Part shown: in pieces, positions 1 to 12,210 of the stretch
Position numbering within the stretch: position 1 is the stretch's first letter
How the letters are laid out: every line of letters starts with the position of its first letter
Source of the DNA: Thermoplasmata archaeon
GTDB taxonomy: Archaea; Thermoplasmatota; Thermoplasmata; Thermoplasmatales; ARK-15
Length of the DNA stretch: 64,000 nucleotides
Direction: 5' to 3'
NCBI GenBank assembly: GCA_039794005.1
Contig: JBAMMA010000017.1
Span: 92,837-156,836 of the forward strand
Made by a program: the position numbers and the translations under genes
The notes under the pieces: generated by a model
Seen by the model: only the letters and a program-made list of their open reading frames with translations
Database searches by the model: none
Told to the model about the DNA's origin: nothing

Positions 1-561
1 TTGACCAATTTGCCGCCGTTGGTGGTTGCAAATATGATTCCAAAAATGCTGCCTGTTGATTAACGTTTAAAATAGGTGCATTTGGCTCATATGTAGCATT
101 AAATGTCAATGATGGTTGTGATATTTCTGATGCTATTGTTGAATTTGTCTGAGTTCCTGGAGTTATCGTTATGTACAACATGTTAGCCAAATTGTTGGCA
201 TAACCAGATGGTCCTGTTGCATTTACAAATACCAAATATTCACCAGGATAACTGTATGTATGATTTACAACATTTCCTGTTCCGGTAATACCATCACCAA
301 AATACCATGTTACCTTTGAAACAGAACCTGATGTTGTCGCTGTAAATGTTATTGGTGTTCCCACTGTACCCAATTGAGTCGTTACAGCTGCCGAAACTGT
401 TGGTGCAGTTGGACTTGGCGAAGGTGTAGGACTTTGGGGGTTGGGGTAGGACTTGTTGTTGTGGTAGATGGCTTTTGCATAAACATTACAGCCACCGCTG
501 CGATTATCACTATTAGAACTATTACTACAGCTATGATTGTATATAGCATTTTCTTTTCTAT
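1..561 (-). pseudogene. 5' part of a PKD-domain surface protein / ABC transporter substrate-binding protein, with an apparent frameshift near 433-440 (gene continues beyond the window)
   Basis: Manual minus-strand translation gives an N-terminal TM segment (MLYTIIAVIVLIVIIAAVAVMF) and a Ser/Pro/Thr linker, then in another frame a PKD motif (VTWYFGDG...NHTYSYPGEY) open to position 1. SD GAGGT at 569-573 precedes ATA at 561; first ATG is at 549. The break may be a sequencing error. Confidence 0.65.
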
Positions 562-618
562 AGAATCTACCTCGGAATTACGATATCACTATTAAATAAT
601 AAATATTTTGGTATAATT

Positions 619-951
619 TTAAAATTGACCTCTCATTAACCTTAAAACACTATTTTCAATATTTGCCGAAGATATTTCATCGATTATTTGATTCATATCA
701 AAATTTTCATTTTCAATTATTTCCAAAATTTCTTCATTGCCAATATTCCAAATTATGTAAACGGTTTTTTTATCAAAGCAAATTTCCAACATACCATAAT
801 TCAAATATGGTGACCAATAATTGTTTAAACATTTAAAATTTTTAAAAACGTTTTTTACAATTTCTTCAATTTTCAAAGGCCCATATTTTGTTTTTATTTT
901 TACAACCCATTTACCTTCTGCTCCTAATTTTTCTTTTATTTCTTCAATCAT
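619..951 (-). CDS. hypothetical protein
   Basis: 110-aa ORF filling the gap between genes; no motif recognised. Confidence 0.6.
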   Translation of the reverse strand: MIEEIKEKLGAEGKWVVKIKTKYGPLKIEEIVKNVFKNFKCLNNYWSPYLNYGMLEICFDKKTVYIIWNIGNEEILEIIENENFDMNQIIDEISSANIENSVLRLMRGQF

Positions 952-998
952 TCAATATTAAAAGTAAATATTAAGATATTTTAAATTATTGTAATTTT

Positions 999-2777
999 AT
1001 GATATATTACTCAGCATGTTTAAAAGACTGCTACGATACATGCTCAATAATTACAAGAATTGAAAATGGGAATATCTCGATAAATGGTAATAAAAATAAT
1101 CCAATAACAGATGGATTTTTATGTCTAAAATCAAAATGGTATGTTGAGGCATCACATACTAAATATAGAATTACGAAACCTTATTTAAATAAAAATGGAA
1201 AATTCTACGACATATCATGGAAAGAGGCATTTAAAATTATAGGGGAGAGAATTAAAGATTATGATAGATTTTTGCCATACGACTATGCTGGAAATAGAGG
1301 TCTAATTTCATACAATTTCCCACAGCGTCTCTTCAATTATTTTGGGACCCTAAAATTAAAACATTCTTTATGTGACGAGGCTGGAAATAACATGCTAAAA
1401 AATTTACTCGGAACATCAACTGGTTATAATCCTGAAGAATTGGATGATGTTGATGTTTACATATATTGGGGTATGAATCCTGCCTGGACAAACATCCATG
1501 GATATGTAAAGGTAAAGAAAAGCAATGCTAAGATTATAGTTATAGATCCTACAATCACAGAGACTGCAAAATCCGCTAATCTGCACATTAGAATATTTCC
1601 TGGACACGATTTTAAATTTGCATTGTTTGTTGCTAAGTTATTAAATGATAAATTGAGAAAATACCCTGATATAGATGTAAGTTTTGAGGAATTAGATGAT
1701 AATGAAATAAATTATGGGATGAAATTATCAGATATTTTGCTTAATTCAAAAAATCCGGTTATTCATATGGGTTATGGATTTCAAAGGCAATTAAATGGAG
1801 CTCTTTCGATTATGGCTATTGCATATATATTGTCAATTTTGGATAAGGAATATAATTTTATTTACGATAGAAAACATAAAATCGATTATGAATATTTGAG
1901 GGGAAAAAATGAGAATAGAAAAGAAATAAATCAGTATACAATTTCTGAAGAAATGGATAAATTTGACACTATTTTTATATATGGAAGTAATCCATTTAAT
2001 TCACTTCCAAACCAGAAAAAATTTAGAGAAAAGATAAAAGAGAAGGGGATTTATGTTATAACCCACGAATTGTATTACAATGATACAGTAATGAATTCAG
2101 ATTTGATTTTACCTGCAGCCCATTTTTTTGAATTCAATGATCTTGTCGATTCATATTTTCATGATTATATTATGTTGAATCAAAAAATATTTGATCCTCC
2201 GGAACAAGCACTGTCAAACCATGATCTTTTTGTAAATTTAGCTAAATTCCTTGGAATTAATGATAAATTCCTTTTAGAGGATGAAATGACTATAATTGAA
2301 AATATAATAAAAAGATCAAATCTTGATAAAGAATATTTATTTAAAAATGGATTCTGTAAAATTGAGCCGGATATTTTCCGGGGTAAATTTAATTATCGAT
2401 ATTTTATAGAGAATTTAGATAATTATATTGATGATAAAAATAATGGTTTTAGATTACTCTCTCCTACAAATCTAATTTTGATTGGTTCTTTACATAATAA
2501 TATATATGAAGTTGATAATTTTATTTATATAAATGACCAGGATGCAAGGGAATTGAATATAAAGAATAATGATGATGTTAAGGTATACAATGATAAATAT
2601 AGTGTGATTACAAAGGCAAAAATATCTGATAAAATATTAAAGGGAACGGTATTAATTTATAGGGGTAATTGGATAAAAAATTATGGATGGAACGTTAATT
2701 TTCTTACGGATGATAAAGCACAAATGTTTGAAGGCCCTTCACAACAATCTAGCCATGTATATATAGAAAAATTATAG
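999..2777 (+). CDS. molybdopterin-dependent oxidoreductase (DMSO reductase superfamily) catalytic subunit
   Basis: N-terminal CxxDCxxxC...GFLC 4Fe-4S motif, WGMNPAWTN, SDLILPAA and a C-terminal molybdopterin dinucleotide-binding domain (INDQDARELNIKNNDDVKV). Confidence 0.85.
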   Translation: MIYYSACLKDCYDTCSIITRIENGNISINGNKNNPITDGFLCLKSKWYVEASHTKYRITKPYLNKNGKFYDISWKEAFKIIGERIKDYDRFLPYDYAGNRGLISYNFPQRLFNYFGTLKLKHSLCDEAGNNMLKNLLGTSTGYNPEELDDVDVYIYWGMNPAWTNIHGYVKVKKSNAKIIVIDPTITETAKSANLHIRIFPGHDFKFALFVAKLLNDKLRKYPDIDVSFEELDDNEINYGMKLSDILLNSKNPVIHMGYGFQRQLNGALSIMAIAYILSILDKEYNFIYDRKHKIDYEYLRGKNENRKEINQYTISEEMDKFDTIFIYGSNPFNSLPNQKKFREKIKEKGIYVITHELYYNDTVMNSDLILPAAHFFEFNDLVDSYFHDYIMLNQKIFDPPEQALSNHDLFVNLAKFLGINDKFLLEDEMTIIENIIKRSNLDKEYLFKNGFCKIEPDIFRGKFNYRYFIENLDNYIDDKNNGFRLLSPTNLILIGSLHNNIYEVDNFIYINDQDARELNIKNNDDVKVYNDKYSVITKAKISDKILKGTVLIYRGNWIKNYGWNVNFLTDDKAQMFEGPSQQSSHVYIEKL

Positions 2778-3341
2778 AACATTTTTATATATTTTTGTAA
2801 GATATATAATTTTAGATATGCTTTCAACCAATGTCAAATTTTTTAATGCCTCTGAAAGATTTCTTCCCCTTGCAAATGTACCATGACCTTTTATCACTGC
2901 CATATTATGATTTTTCATTATTTTCCCCAATGCTTCGGCCAATTCTTTTGAGGCAACTGGATTTTTAACTTCAACTATTGGAATATAATCTAGATAATAT
3001 TTACCTTCTTCGTCTATTGGTACTATTTTATCAATATTTTCAGATATTGATAATACAACAGCATAAATTGTATGTGCATGAATTATTGCGTTGGAATCAG
3101 TATTTTTATATATTTCAACGTGAGAATATACCTCTGATGATGCAATATCATAATTCTTTTCATTTTTTAAAGAAATTTCAACAATATCATCCTCAGTGAG
3201 ATGTCCAAGCATTGTTCCATGTTTTTTAATATACACTTTATCGTCTTCTCTAATGCTAATATTGCCACTATGACTTGATTCTGTAAGTCCCATTTCGTAA
3301 ATTATTTTCCCATATTTTATAATTTCATTTTTTGGATTCAT
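2772..3341 (-). CDS. class II aldolase/adducin family protein (FucA/MtnB-like)
   Basis: SGNISIR, ASSEVYSH, IIHAH and KGHG metal-binding motifs. Confidence 0.85.
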   Translation of the reverse strand: MNPKNEIIKYGKIIYEMGLTESSHSGNISIREDDKVYIKKHGTMLGHLTEDDIVEISLKNEKNYDIASSEVYSHVEIYKNTDSNAIIHAHTIYAVVLSISENIDKIVPIDEEGKYYLDYIPIVEVKNPVASKELAEALGKIMKNHNMAVIKGHGTFARGRNLSEALKNLTLVESISKIIYLTKIYKNVL

Positions 3342-3343
3342 AG

Positions 3344-4822
3344 TCAATGTGAAAATGCCCTTTTACCAGTAAATACCATTGCTATATTTAGTTCGTTGGC
3401 CCTTTTTATTATCTCATCATCCCTCTTGGAACCGCCCGGTTGGATTATGGCAGTTATCCCTGCCTTTGCAGCCTCTTCAACATCGTCAACAAAAGGCAAA
3501 AATCCATCAGACGCCATGACGGAATTTTTAGCCCTCTCACCGGCCTTCATTGAGGCAATCTTTACCGCATCAACCCTACTCATTTGTCCAGCACCTATAC
3601 CAGTGGTTGTTTTATTATAGGCAAAAACTATTGCATTGCTTTTAACATGCTTTACAACGTTCCAAGCAAATTTTAAATCCTCTTCCTCCCTCTTGTCAGG
3701 TTTTCTATCTGAAACCACTTTCCATTCTATTTCATATTTAGGTTTCAACTGATAAAGAAATCCTCCAGCCACATTTCTTATTTCATAATAATCATTTATA
3801 TTTTCATATTTAACTACCCTGAGATCTTTTTTGTATTTATTGAAAAATTCCAATGATTTTTCATCATACTCGGGTGCAACAATGAGTTCATAGAAATTGT
3901 TTTTCATTTTCTTTGCAAATGATTCATTTACCTTGAAATTTACACCAATTATGCCACCGTATGCGGACATGGCATCAGCCAAAAAAGCCTGGTCATATAT
4001 TTTTTCAATATTTTCACCGCTTGATACTCCACAGGGGTTTCCATGCTTTATAATTGCAACTGTGGGTTCTTCAAATTCATTTACAAGACTATATGCAGAA
4101 TCCATATCCAATATATTGTTATAGGATATGTCCTTGCCCTTGAGCAATACCCATGGTTTGCTGTCTGAATAAAAGCCTGCTGGATTTTGTGGATTTTCAC
4201 CATATTTTAAATTTTGATATAACATGGATGAAAATGATATTCCGGGTGGAATGTTCGATTTATAAAATTTGTTCCAAAACCTGTTAAAAATATAAGAATC
4301 ATACCATGAAGTGTACAAAAATGCCCTTACGGCCAATTCTTTTCTCTTTTCAATATCTATGTATCCCTTCTCATCAAGCTCTTTTATAATTTCATCATAT
4401 GTATTTGGATCTGTAATTACCGTTACCCTTTCATAATTTTTAGCAGCAGCCCTTATTAATGCAACACCCCCTATGTCAATATTCTCTACCAATTCCTTTT
4501 CATCATCCTGTGCATTTTTAAAGTCGTATAGGTTTGCAATTACCATGTCTATTGGTTTAATTCCCAATTTTTTCAATTCTTCCATCTGATCTGTCCTTGC
4601 CAAAATACCACCGAAAATAGTTGGATGCAGTGTTTTTACCCTTCCTTCCAAAATCTCTTTAAAATTTGTTAAGCTTTCAATATCTTTTACATTCTTTACA
4701 TTCCTTTCTTCGAGATATTTTTTTGTTCCTGAGGTGGCATATACTGTATGATTATGTTCAATTAAATAATGAACAAGCTTTTCAATATTCCTTTTATCGG
4801 TAACTGAAACTAATACATTCAT
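3344..4822 (-). CDS. purH: bifunctional AICAR transformylase / IMP cyclohydrolase
   Basis: GRVKTLHP, ENIDIGG, KYGENPQ, KHGNPCG, GAGQMSRVD, IIQPGGS. Confidence 0.97.
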   Translation of the reverse strand: MNVLVSVTDKRNIEKLVHYLIEHNHTVYATSGTKKYLEERNVKNVKDIESLTNFKEILEGRVKTLHPTIFGGILARTDQMEELKKLGIKPIDMVIANLYDFKNAQDDEKELVENIDIGGVALIRAAAKNYERVTVITDPNTYDEIIKELDEKGYIDIEKRKELAVRAFLYTSWYDSYIFNRFWNKFYKSNIPPGISFSSMLYQNLKYGENPQNPAGFYSDSKPWVLLKGKDISYNNILDMDSAYSLVNEFEEPTVAIIKHGNPCGVSSGENIEKIYDQAFLADAMSAYGGIIGVNFKVNESFAKKMKNNFYELIVAPEYDEKSLEFFNKYKKDLRVVKYENINDYYEIRNVAGGFLYQLKPKYEIEWKVVSDRKPDKREEEDLKFAWNVVKHVKSNAIVFAYNKTTTGIGAGQMSRVDAVKIASMKAGERAKNSVMASDGFLPFVDDVEEAAKAGITAIIQPGGSKRDDEIIKRANELNIAMVFTGKRAFSH

Positions 4823-4844
4823 GGTTAGTATATATTTTGATCTA

Positions 4845-5543
4845 TTATAATGTTATCGATATCTTTTCATAACACCCGAAGAATCTCAATTTTAATAGAT
4901 ATAAAAGATTTCCAACACCATCCTTGAACCTTTGCAATTTCACTTCACCCATCCTTATGCCATAATCTATTGGCAATTCGATAGATTTAAATTTTTGAAA
5001 TGCCTGAATTTTCAACTCTTCAGAAAATGGCATTCCATCAGAACATAAATGAATATGATTCAAAATTTCTCTTTTGAATATCCACATACCACTTTGGGAA
5101 TCTTTCATTTTGATAAAAAACAGCATCAAGATTGCATAATTCAACAACATATTTCCTATTCTATGAGCCTTAACCATGGCCTCTGGATTTAATCTGCTTA
5201 TCCTTTCACATGAAATAAAATCATAACCGTTTTTGTATAAAAATTCCACATATTCGTTTATTACTTCTGGCGGGTATGTATTATCTCCATCCAACGTCAC
5301 AATTATTTTACCCTTTGCTTGTGAAAATCCCGTTTTATATGCTCTTCCATAGCCTTTTCTCTTTTCATTTATAACAATTGCACCCATTGATTTAGCAATT
5401 TCAGGTGTCTTATCTTTGCTATTATCAACTATTAAAATTTCATAATTACCCTTAACGCTATTCTTTATCCTTTGCAAAACTTTTCCTATATTCTCTTCCT
5501 CATTCATTGTTGGTATTATTATGCTTATTTCTACATCATTCAC
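4845..5543 (-). CDS. GT2 glycosyltransferase (dolichol-phosphate hexosyltransferase-like)
   Basis: IIIPTMNEE, GYGRAYKTG, LDGDNTYP, DSQSG. Confidence 0.88.
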   Translation of the reverse strand: MNDVEISIIIPTMNEEENIGKVLQRIKNSVKGNYEILIVDNSKDKTPEIAKSMGAIVINEKRKGYGRAYKTGFSQAKGKIIVTLDGDNTYPPEVINEYVEFLYKNGYDFISCERISRLNPEAMVKAHRIGNMLLNYAILMLFFIKMKDSQSGMWIFKREILNHIHLCSDGMPFSEELKIQAFQKFKSIELPIDYGIRMGEVKLQRFKDGVGNLLYLLKLRFFGCYEKISITL

Positions 5544-6315
5544 CTTTATTCACCTTTCCATTTAAATAACCGATAAAAGCAAAAATTAATCTTACTATTC
5601 CAAAGGTATTAAATTGACCTGTTTCTACCATTGATTTGATAGAATACATTTTCCATACATTTCCATGCTTTTTATTGAGCTGGGCTCTACCATAACCATT
5701 CCAATATGCCTGTTTTAAAAATGATGAAATATCTTCCCTCACCTTATTGTAAACGATCGCATTTTCATTATAACAAAATCTTGCATTTTTATCGAGGGCA
5801 CGCATGTTTAAATCAATGTCTTCAGCTGTAATAAATTTTGGATCGAAACCGTTCAGTCTCAAAAATAGATCTTTTTTATATCCCAAATTGCAGGAGGGAA
5901 ATGTTACATCAACACCTTTATAAAAGAGTTCAACCCTTCCAAATTTTGTATATTTTTTATTTCCTATACTTATTGTTTTACCGGCCACAATATCACAATT
6001 TGCCATAAAGGATTTTCTCATCTCAGATACCCAATTCTTGTCAGCATATGAATCGCCATCAATAAATAGAATATAATCATACTTTGAATTCATTACGCCT
6101 ATATTCCTACCTTCACCCCTTGTACTCTTTTTAACTATAATATTTAAATCCATTTTATCCAAAAATCCTTTGGCAATTTCAACAGTTTTATCACTACTTT
6201 CTGCATCCACCAACACAACTTCAAATGGCCTTTCCTGAATTGCCAAAGAATTCAATAAATCGGCAATGTTTTTCTCCTCATTCTTGACTGTGACTATTAT
6301 CGATATTGGAAACAT
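5536..6315 (-). CDS. GT2 glycosyltransferase
   Basis: VTVKNEE, VDAESSDKT, FIDGD, EDIDL; SD GGTGA before ATG 6315. Confidence 0.88.
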   Translation of the reverse strand: MFPISIIVTVKNEEKNIADLLNSLAIQERPFEVVLVDAESSDKTVEIAKGFLDKMDLNIIVKKSTRGEGRNIGVMNSKYDYILFIDGDSYADKNWVSEMRKSFMANCDIVAGKTISIGNKKYTKFGRVELFYKGVDVTFPSCNLGYKKDLFLRLNGFDPKFITAEDIDLNMRALDKNARFCYNENAIVYNKVREDISSFLKQAYWNGYGRAQLNKKHGNVWKMYSIKSMVETGQFNTFGIVRLIFAFIGYLNGKVNKGE

Positions 6316-8056
6316 CAAATTCACCTTCTATATTTACATTTCCGGGTGGCAACAGTTTCATGGCTTCATCTATTGAGATTCCGAATCTTTTTGATATTTC
6401 TGCTGCTGCCACATCCTTTCTAGTTTCTCCCTGACTTATAACAATTATCTTTTTTGTCTTATTTTTAAATGATTCTATTGGCCCTATCATTACAATCTTT
6501 ACATTCTGATATTCTATTTCGCCAATTCCCAACTTCAATGGTAAATTTCTCATATAATTTTTCTTACCTCTTATCACCCATGCACCTCTTGGAACATATT
6601 CCCCACTTTCTGCCATCTTTGATACCTGTGAGAATGTGACCCAATATGCATCCGCAGACTTATATCCAGCATTCCATGCCTTTGAAAATGAAACACTAAA
6701 TATCCCTGCCTCAATCAAAGTCTTCTCAGTAATACCGGTATTTTTTACCACAACACTTGGAGCTCCATGTATATCTGCATGAACATAATAATCCTTTTCC
6801 TCCAGATATTTCTTTACTACCTCCTCATTTGTTTTTGCATCTCTACCAGCTATAACAATCGCATTTTCCGATGATATAAACCACCTATACTTTTCAAACC
6901 AAAACCTCTTTCTATTTTCAACTAATATTTTCTTTTCTTCTTTTTCTATTTTTTTATTTTTTATCTTTTCTATTGCACTCAAAATACCATTTATTTTTTC
7001 AGCGTATTTTTTGGATTCTTCGTACTTTTCCTGCGCATTCATGATTGCATTTTTCAAAATATCTAAATCTATCTCATTCCCATCTAGCAATATTTTTATT
7101 ATTTTTCCATTTCTTGATAACAATTCATTCCTTATTTTATTTCTTTTAACATCATTTATTATCTCGTCTATTTTTCCTATATTCATCATAATTAAATCTG
7201 CTTCATTTTTCATCTTTTCTGAATATTTCTTATATTCTTCCATCGTTTTCATCTGTTCATTTATTATTCTATTTATTTCATCACCTTCATCTTTAATTTT
7301 TGCAAGATTCAATATTGCATCGTTTATTTTAGTGTATTCTTCACAATTATTTTCATTGAATATTGATATTTTATTATTACATAGGTAATATTTATCTTTA
7401 TATCTCAAAATATCATTCATATTTTCATAAATACATTCTATTTCATTTTCCTGCAGATCTTTGCATATTTTATTTTTATCTATATTGCAATTTTTAAGAA
7501 TATTTTCTGAATAATGGCTGAAGTTCAATTTTAATGCCAAAAATCTTACAATATCAGTGTCATTTTTCAATATTTCCTTAAATTTCTTTAGGTCTAAATT
7601 TCTTGGATCATACGGAGATGGAGGATATCTATATTCTTCCCCTTTAAAAATTTTCCTTCCTTTCCATTCTCTATATATATTGGCATATTCTATCTTATTA
7701 TCTTTTAAAATGATGAAATTTCCCTGACTAAAAAGCTCTATGATTATTGAATAAGAAGATGATAAATCAATTCTTATGATCCTGTCAAAATTCGGTTGAT
7801 CAATGGAAATTACCTTTCTATCAACGATGTTTTCAAAAGCTTGATTTTCTTTGGATTCCATTTCATACCTTTCACCAAAATATATAAATCTCGGCAATTC
7901 TATGTATAGATCCCTATTTCCAACATCCTTTTTGTGAAACCTAATTTTTATTATATCCCCAATTTCATATTTTTTAATGAACGAATCTAAAAGATATTCT
8001 CTATTCTCAATTATCCAAGCATTGATATCAGGACTTGTAAGACCTTCTACCTTCAT
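6278..8056 (-). CDS. rqcH: ribosome quality-control protein RqcH / NEMF (NFACT family)
   Basis: [48 protein letters not shown]. Confidence 0.92.
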   Translation of the reverse strand: MKVEGLTSPDINAWIIENREYLLDSFIKKYEIGDIIKIRFHKKDVGNRDLYIELPRFIYFGERYEMESKENQAFENIVDRKVISIDQPNFDRIIRIDLSSSYSIIIELFSQGNFIILKDNKIEYANIYREWKGRKIFKGEEYRYPPSPYDPRNLDLKKFKEILKNDTDIVRFLALKLNFSHYSENILKNCNIDKNKICKDLQENEIECIYENMNDILRYKDKYYLCNNKISIFNENNCEEYTKINDAILNLAKIKDEGDEINRIINEQMKTMEEYKKYSEKMKNEADLIMMNIGKIDEIINDVKRNKIRNELLSRNGKIIKILLDGNEIDLDILKNAIMNAQEKYEESKKYAEKINGILSAIEKIKNKKIEKEEKKILVENRKRFWFEKYRWFISSENAIVIAGRDAKTNEEVVKKYLEEKDYYVHADIHGAPSVVVKNTGITEKTLIEAGIFSVSFSKAWNAGYKSADAYWVTFSQVSKMAESGEYVPRGAWVIRGKKNYMRNLPLKLGIGEIEYQNVKIVMIGPIESFKNKTKKIIVISQGETRKDVAAAEISKRFGISIDEAMKLLPPGNVNIEGEFDVSNIDNSHSQE

Positions 8057-9147
8057 TTTAATCCCAATTCAGATATCTTTTCTGGTAAATAAACATCCGT
8101 AACATAATCCAAACCATATTTTGCCAAAGCTTGTTGTTCGGCTTTTCTTCCTATCTTTAACATTAATTCAATTTCATTTTTCCAAAATGGTGTATTAAAT
8201 CTTGGGTCTTCCAATTCAGCGTATAGGGCTTTTATATCCTTGTCATTCAATTTGTCTGTAGGTAAATCGTAATTTAAAATATCACTAGCTGTAACACCAA
8301 TGAATTCTGCTGTAGGTGTTGCAAGATATTCTGAAATATGTGCAGTTTTAATTGCACCATATGCAATACTTGCATAAATCCTAAATGACCATGGGTCTCC
8401 ATCTGTAAAAACAAGAACTGGCAAACCTAGCTCCTCATTGAAACGTTTTAATAATCTTCTCGTACTCCTTGCGGGCTGACCTTTTAAGTGAACCAAAATA
8501 GCTCTTGCCTTTTCATCAAAACCGTTTTCCACAAGCCTATCAAACATGCCACCTGTCTCGATTGCTAAAACAAAATCTGCATCAAAGTCTATTATTTTTA
8601 TTTTGTCTTTTTCAACATTATAAGGTATTGCATAACCAGAATCTCCAACATCGTCTCTACAATTTATTCTCTGCGGTTTTCCCTTTCTGTTTATTTCCTC
8701 AATTGTAATATTTCCTATTATCGTGGCACCATTTTCCTCAGGCCTAAGCTTAAAATCTTCTCTCAAATATTTTGTTACAATTTCAATATCTTCAGCCAAT
8801 TTATCAGATTCATCCTGAGTATGAAATTTTGCCAATCCCCATCCCTCTGAAATGTAATATAATTCTCTCAATGTTGAAGATTTGTTCTGCTCAATCATCT
8901 CTTTTATAAAATCAAGCATATACATGGTTCTTAACAATGTATATGCTCCATCTATTTTCTTTGCAGTCCTGTAAACCTTTTCATCACCGTATTTCCAAAC
9001 ACCCTTAGTAATATCCAATTTTATATTATATTTATTCCTAGCTGGTAACTCCATTGATGGAATTTCACCGTTCTTCAGTTGATCATATATCTTTTCAACT
9101 AATTTTTTTAATTCATTAAGTACCTCTTCACTCCTCTTCGTTTCCAT
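8053..9147 (-). CDS. top6A: DNA topoisomerase VI subunit A
   Basis: TLRELYY catalytic Tyr motif, AIETGG, KGQP, DGDPW, KAEQQAL. Confidence 0.97.
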   Translation of the reverse strand: METKRSEEVLNELKKLVEKIYDQLKNGEIPSMELPARNKYNIKLDITKGVWKYGDEKVYRTAKKIDGAYTLLRTMYMLDFIKEMIEQNKSSTLRELYYISEGWGLAKFHTQDESDKLAEDIEIVTKYLREDFKLRPEENGATIIGNITIEEINRKGKPQRINCRDDVGDSGYAIPYNVEKDKIKIIDFDADFVLAIETGGMFDRLVENGFDEKARAILVHLKGQPARSTRRLLKRFNEELGLPVLVFTDGDPWSFRIYASIAYGAIKTAHISEYLATPTAEFIGVTASDILNYDLPTDKLNDKDIKALYAELEDPRFNTPFWKNEIELMLKIGRKAEQQALAKYGLDYVTDVYLPEKISELGLK

Positions 9148-11071
9148 TTTCATCACCCTCTACTTCTTCGATTATTGATCTCAGTGATTCAATATTCCAA
9201 TCGCCTGGAAGAGGCTCTGCTCCTACAACGTGAACAGGGTCTATTCCCTCGATATAGTATGTTGTTTCTGAATAATCCGATTTTAATTTTTCCAATTCAA
9301 AATGCAATTCCAATTTCTTCAAAGGCTCCAAATTTTCTATATTCCAAACTATGTAATCGTTCTTTTCATCATAGTCTCCAAAGGGTTTTATGGATTCTTT
9401 TATGATTGTTCCATCCGGAAAATCTGCATATAATTTAAATGATTTTGTTTGAGATGTGTAATTCATTACGCTTAAATTTATTAATGCTTTGTTCTCTTTT
9501 ACCTCTACCTTCTCATCAATCCATACAATATTCATTATCTTTGTTATTACGGGAGAAATATCAGGAACAGGATTATTTGTAATCTTAGCACTCTTCTCTG
9601 CTATTAGGGGGAGTATTTTTTGAACCAAAAAGAATTTTTCAGATAACTTATTTTTAACCTCCCTTTTTATCAAATATGTTCTTATTTGTCTCGCTGATTC
9701 CTTTAAAGCCAAGTCAAGTTCATCCATAATTTCAGGGATTTCTGCAATAGCCTCTTTTGCCTCTGAAGTATAAGGTACCTTGGTAGATGCAAGGTGTATT
9801 AAAATTATCATTGGTCCTACTGGGATTCCCTGACCTCCCTTCTGTTCCAGGCCATATTTTCTCCAATCAATATTTTCAACGGCCTTTGTTAATGCACACG
9901 ATCCAGCTTGATATAACAATGGAACTCTATTTGCGAATCTCAGTACTTTAACAGGTTCATCTGCCGGAATGTTTCCACCATAAACAAGACCCACTTCAAC
10001 AACAAATGGGTTTCCTGAATAAACGGATGGCTTTCTGGTAACGGGTAATGAATAAAAGCTTGGCTTCAGTTCACCTAAAACATTTTTTAACCCTTTTTTT
10101 ATCAATGTCTCTCCTATTGGAGACAATGATTCAAAAGAGGGTGGTAAAAGTTTAATTTTCATAAAAGCCTCCTTTATTTTCTTGATCTCTTCCAGAGTCA
10201 ACTTGGAAGGTTCCTTATTTGGGTCTACGTTTGCTATCTTTAGAATTTCATTTGCTGTTTGATTACTTATTCTGCTAAATTCACCAGTTAAAAATGTTGA
10301 TACTTTTTTATAATTCGTTTTTTGGGCGATTTTCATTATTTCTCCAATCTCTACACCATATGGGTGAGGTTTTGTTTCTTTTGGTGGTTCTATAGGTTCG
10401 TTCCATACCCTTTCATATTTGATCTTCATACCATCTGGATCCTGGAATGTTATGGTAGCATGAGGATTTACTATAGCAGTATTTTGTAAATAATCAATTA
10501 TACTCTGTTTACCTTTGACATATTTACCCTTTAAATTTACAGTTATTTTTACACCACTTTTTTTGTTTGTTAAAAATGGTTCTTCTTTTAAAACTACAGG
10601 TTTATTTTTTGTTGTATCAATGTATAAATCAAACATATAACCTACATCTTCAGACATTATTTTGGATTCTATGTGTGCCGGTTTCCCCGTGGTTATTTGA
10701 CCGTATAAAACAACCGCAGAAATTCCAATTCCTTGTTGTCCTCTAGATTGCCTAACTGCATGAAATCTTGAACCGTATAAAAATTGACCGAAGACCTTTG
10801 GAACCTCTTTTCTAACAATTCCCGGTCCATTATCTTCAACTGTCAATTTATATTCATCTTTTTCCACCCTTTCCAATATTATATTGATATCTGGTAAAAT
10901 CCTTGCCTCCTCACATGCATCCAATGAATTGTCAACAGCTTCTTTTACAGCCATTACAAGAGATTTTTGAGGAGAATCAAAACCTAATATCTGCTTATTT
11001 TTTTCAAAAAATTCCGCAATTGATATCTCTTTTTGTTTTTTTGCTAATTCCTCTGAAATGTCAATATCCAT
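9128..11071 (-). CDS. top6B: DNA topoisomerase VI subunit B
   Basis: GHKL motifs [23 protein letters not shown]; RFANRVPL; SEAKEA. Confidence 0.97.
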   Translation of the reverse strand: MDIDISEELAKKQKEISIAEFFEKNKQILGFDSPQKSLVMAVKEAVDNSLDACEEARILPDINIILERVEKDEYKLTVEDNGPGIVRKEVPKVFGQFLYGSRFHAVRQSRGQQGIGISAVVLYGQITTGKPAHIESKIMSEDVGYMFDLYIDTTKNKPVVLKEEPFLTNKKSGVKITVNLKGKYVKGKQSIIDYLQNTAIVNPHATITFQDPDGMKIKYERVWNEPIEPPKETKPHPYGVEIGEIMKIAQKTNYKKVSTFLTGEFSRISNQTANEILKIANVDPNKEPSKLTLEEIKKIKEAFMKIKLLPPSFESLSPIGETLIKKGLKNVLGELKPSFYSLPVTRKPSVYSGNPFVVEVGLVYGGNIPADEPVKVLRFANRVPLLYQAGSCALTKAVENIDWRKYGLEQKGGQGIPVGPMIILIHLASTKVPYTSEAKEAIAEIPEIMDELDLALKESARQIRTYLIKREVKNKLSEKFFLVQKILPLIAEKSAKITNNPVPDISPVITKIMNIVWIDEKVEVKENKALINLSVMNYTSQTKSFKLYADFPDGTIIKESIKPFGDYDEKNDYIVWNIENLEPLKKLELHFELEKLKSDYSETTYYIEGIDPVHVVGAEPLPGDWNIESLRSIIEEVEGDENGNEEE

Positions 11072-11181
11072 AATAATCAAAATCAATTTTTAATTATGAA
11101 ATATAAATTTTGCTTTAATTAAACTTAAATTTCTAATTGATTTTATAAAAAATTTTCTTTATAAATATTCAAATTATTCAT

Positions 11182-12123
11182 TTAAGAACAACAATTTTCT
11201 CCATTTTCATGTTCATCTTTTGTCAAAAATTTTTCTTCTTCTTTGATTTCTTTTAATGTGCAAACTCTTTCAGCAAAAGCATTATGTTTATGTATACTCT
11301 CTTCACTTTCAGATTTAACTGTGATTATTGTGTCATCTGGAAAATTTTTATACTTTTCATAAATGAGTTTTAATGCTTCCCTAACCACATCCTCAACGAA
11401 TTTTGGATTTTCATGCGCCTTCAGGACAAGTTCCATCTCGTCTTTCCTTTTTAATATTTCATATGTGGAATTTGAATAAGATTTTTCTGCAATTTCAATC
11501 AAATCATTTAATTCTATTGAATATCCCTCAGGTATTTCCATTAAAATTGTCACGTTATTCCTTTGATTATGAGATGGTACAGGAATTTTATCTAGGAAAT
11601 TTGAATATTCTGGATATTTTTCCTTGAGGTATGTCCTAACAGTTTCCATTGCACAGGGGCATACAGAGATTCCGGTTGCCATTATCCCGATCATTTTCTT
11701 TATTTTTTTATTTTCCATCACAACCTTTGAAAATATTTTGTATCTTTCTTGTGTTAATTTACCAGATGGATTTTTCCTGTCTAGAAAATAATCGGATATT
11801 ATTTCAACTTCCATTCTAGTCGCATATGGATGTTTTTTGGCCATCATTTTTACAATATTTTCTCCCAAATCCTCAATACTTGAGCAAGGTGCACGCGTAC
11901 TCCTTTCAACAATATCCTCTATTATTTCTACGTTTCTTGACATGTCAGCTCCTTTTTTTGTCGATGGCAAATCAACGTATAGATTTATAATTGGTTGCAA
12001 TACAACGTCTCTATCTGGCCTCTTTACAAATATTTGTTTTACAACGTTCGTAACACCTACCCTGGTTAATTTAAAATTAATATTTGGAACGATTGCCTGA
12101 ATATCAGGTAATTTACTTTCCAT
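11182..12123 (-). CDS. mptA: GTP cyclohydrolase MptA / FolE2 family
   Basis: LPDIQ, KGADMSR, CPCA, HNQR, LKRKDE, NPKFVED, ESIHKHNA. Confidence 0.92.
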   Translation of the reverse strand: MESKLPDIQAIVPNINFKLTRVGVTNVVKQIFVKRPDRDVVLQPIINLYVDLPSTKKGADMSRNVEIIEDIVERSTRAPCSSIEDLGENIVKMMAKKHPYATRMEVEIISDYFLDRKNPSGKLTQERYKIFSKVVMENKKIKKMIGIMATGISVCPCAMETVRTYLKEKYPEYSNFLDKIPVPSHNQRNNVTILMEIPEGYSIELNDLIEIAEKSYSNSTYEILKRKDEMELVLKAHENPKFVEDVVREALKLIYEKYKNFPDDTIITVKSESEESIHKHNAFAERVCTLKEIKEEEKFLTKDEHENGENCCS

Positions 12124-12210
12124 ATATTTTAAAAAAGATAGTATTATATTAATTAATTGTTATAGTTAAATGTAATAATTTATTTATATTTAGTTTTAAT
12201 TTTAAATCAT

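Noticed and set aside
999-2777. Selenocysteine in the molybdopterin enzyme
   Set aside because: The ORF is uninterrupted, with no in-frame TGA
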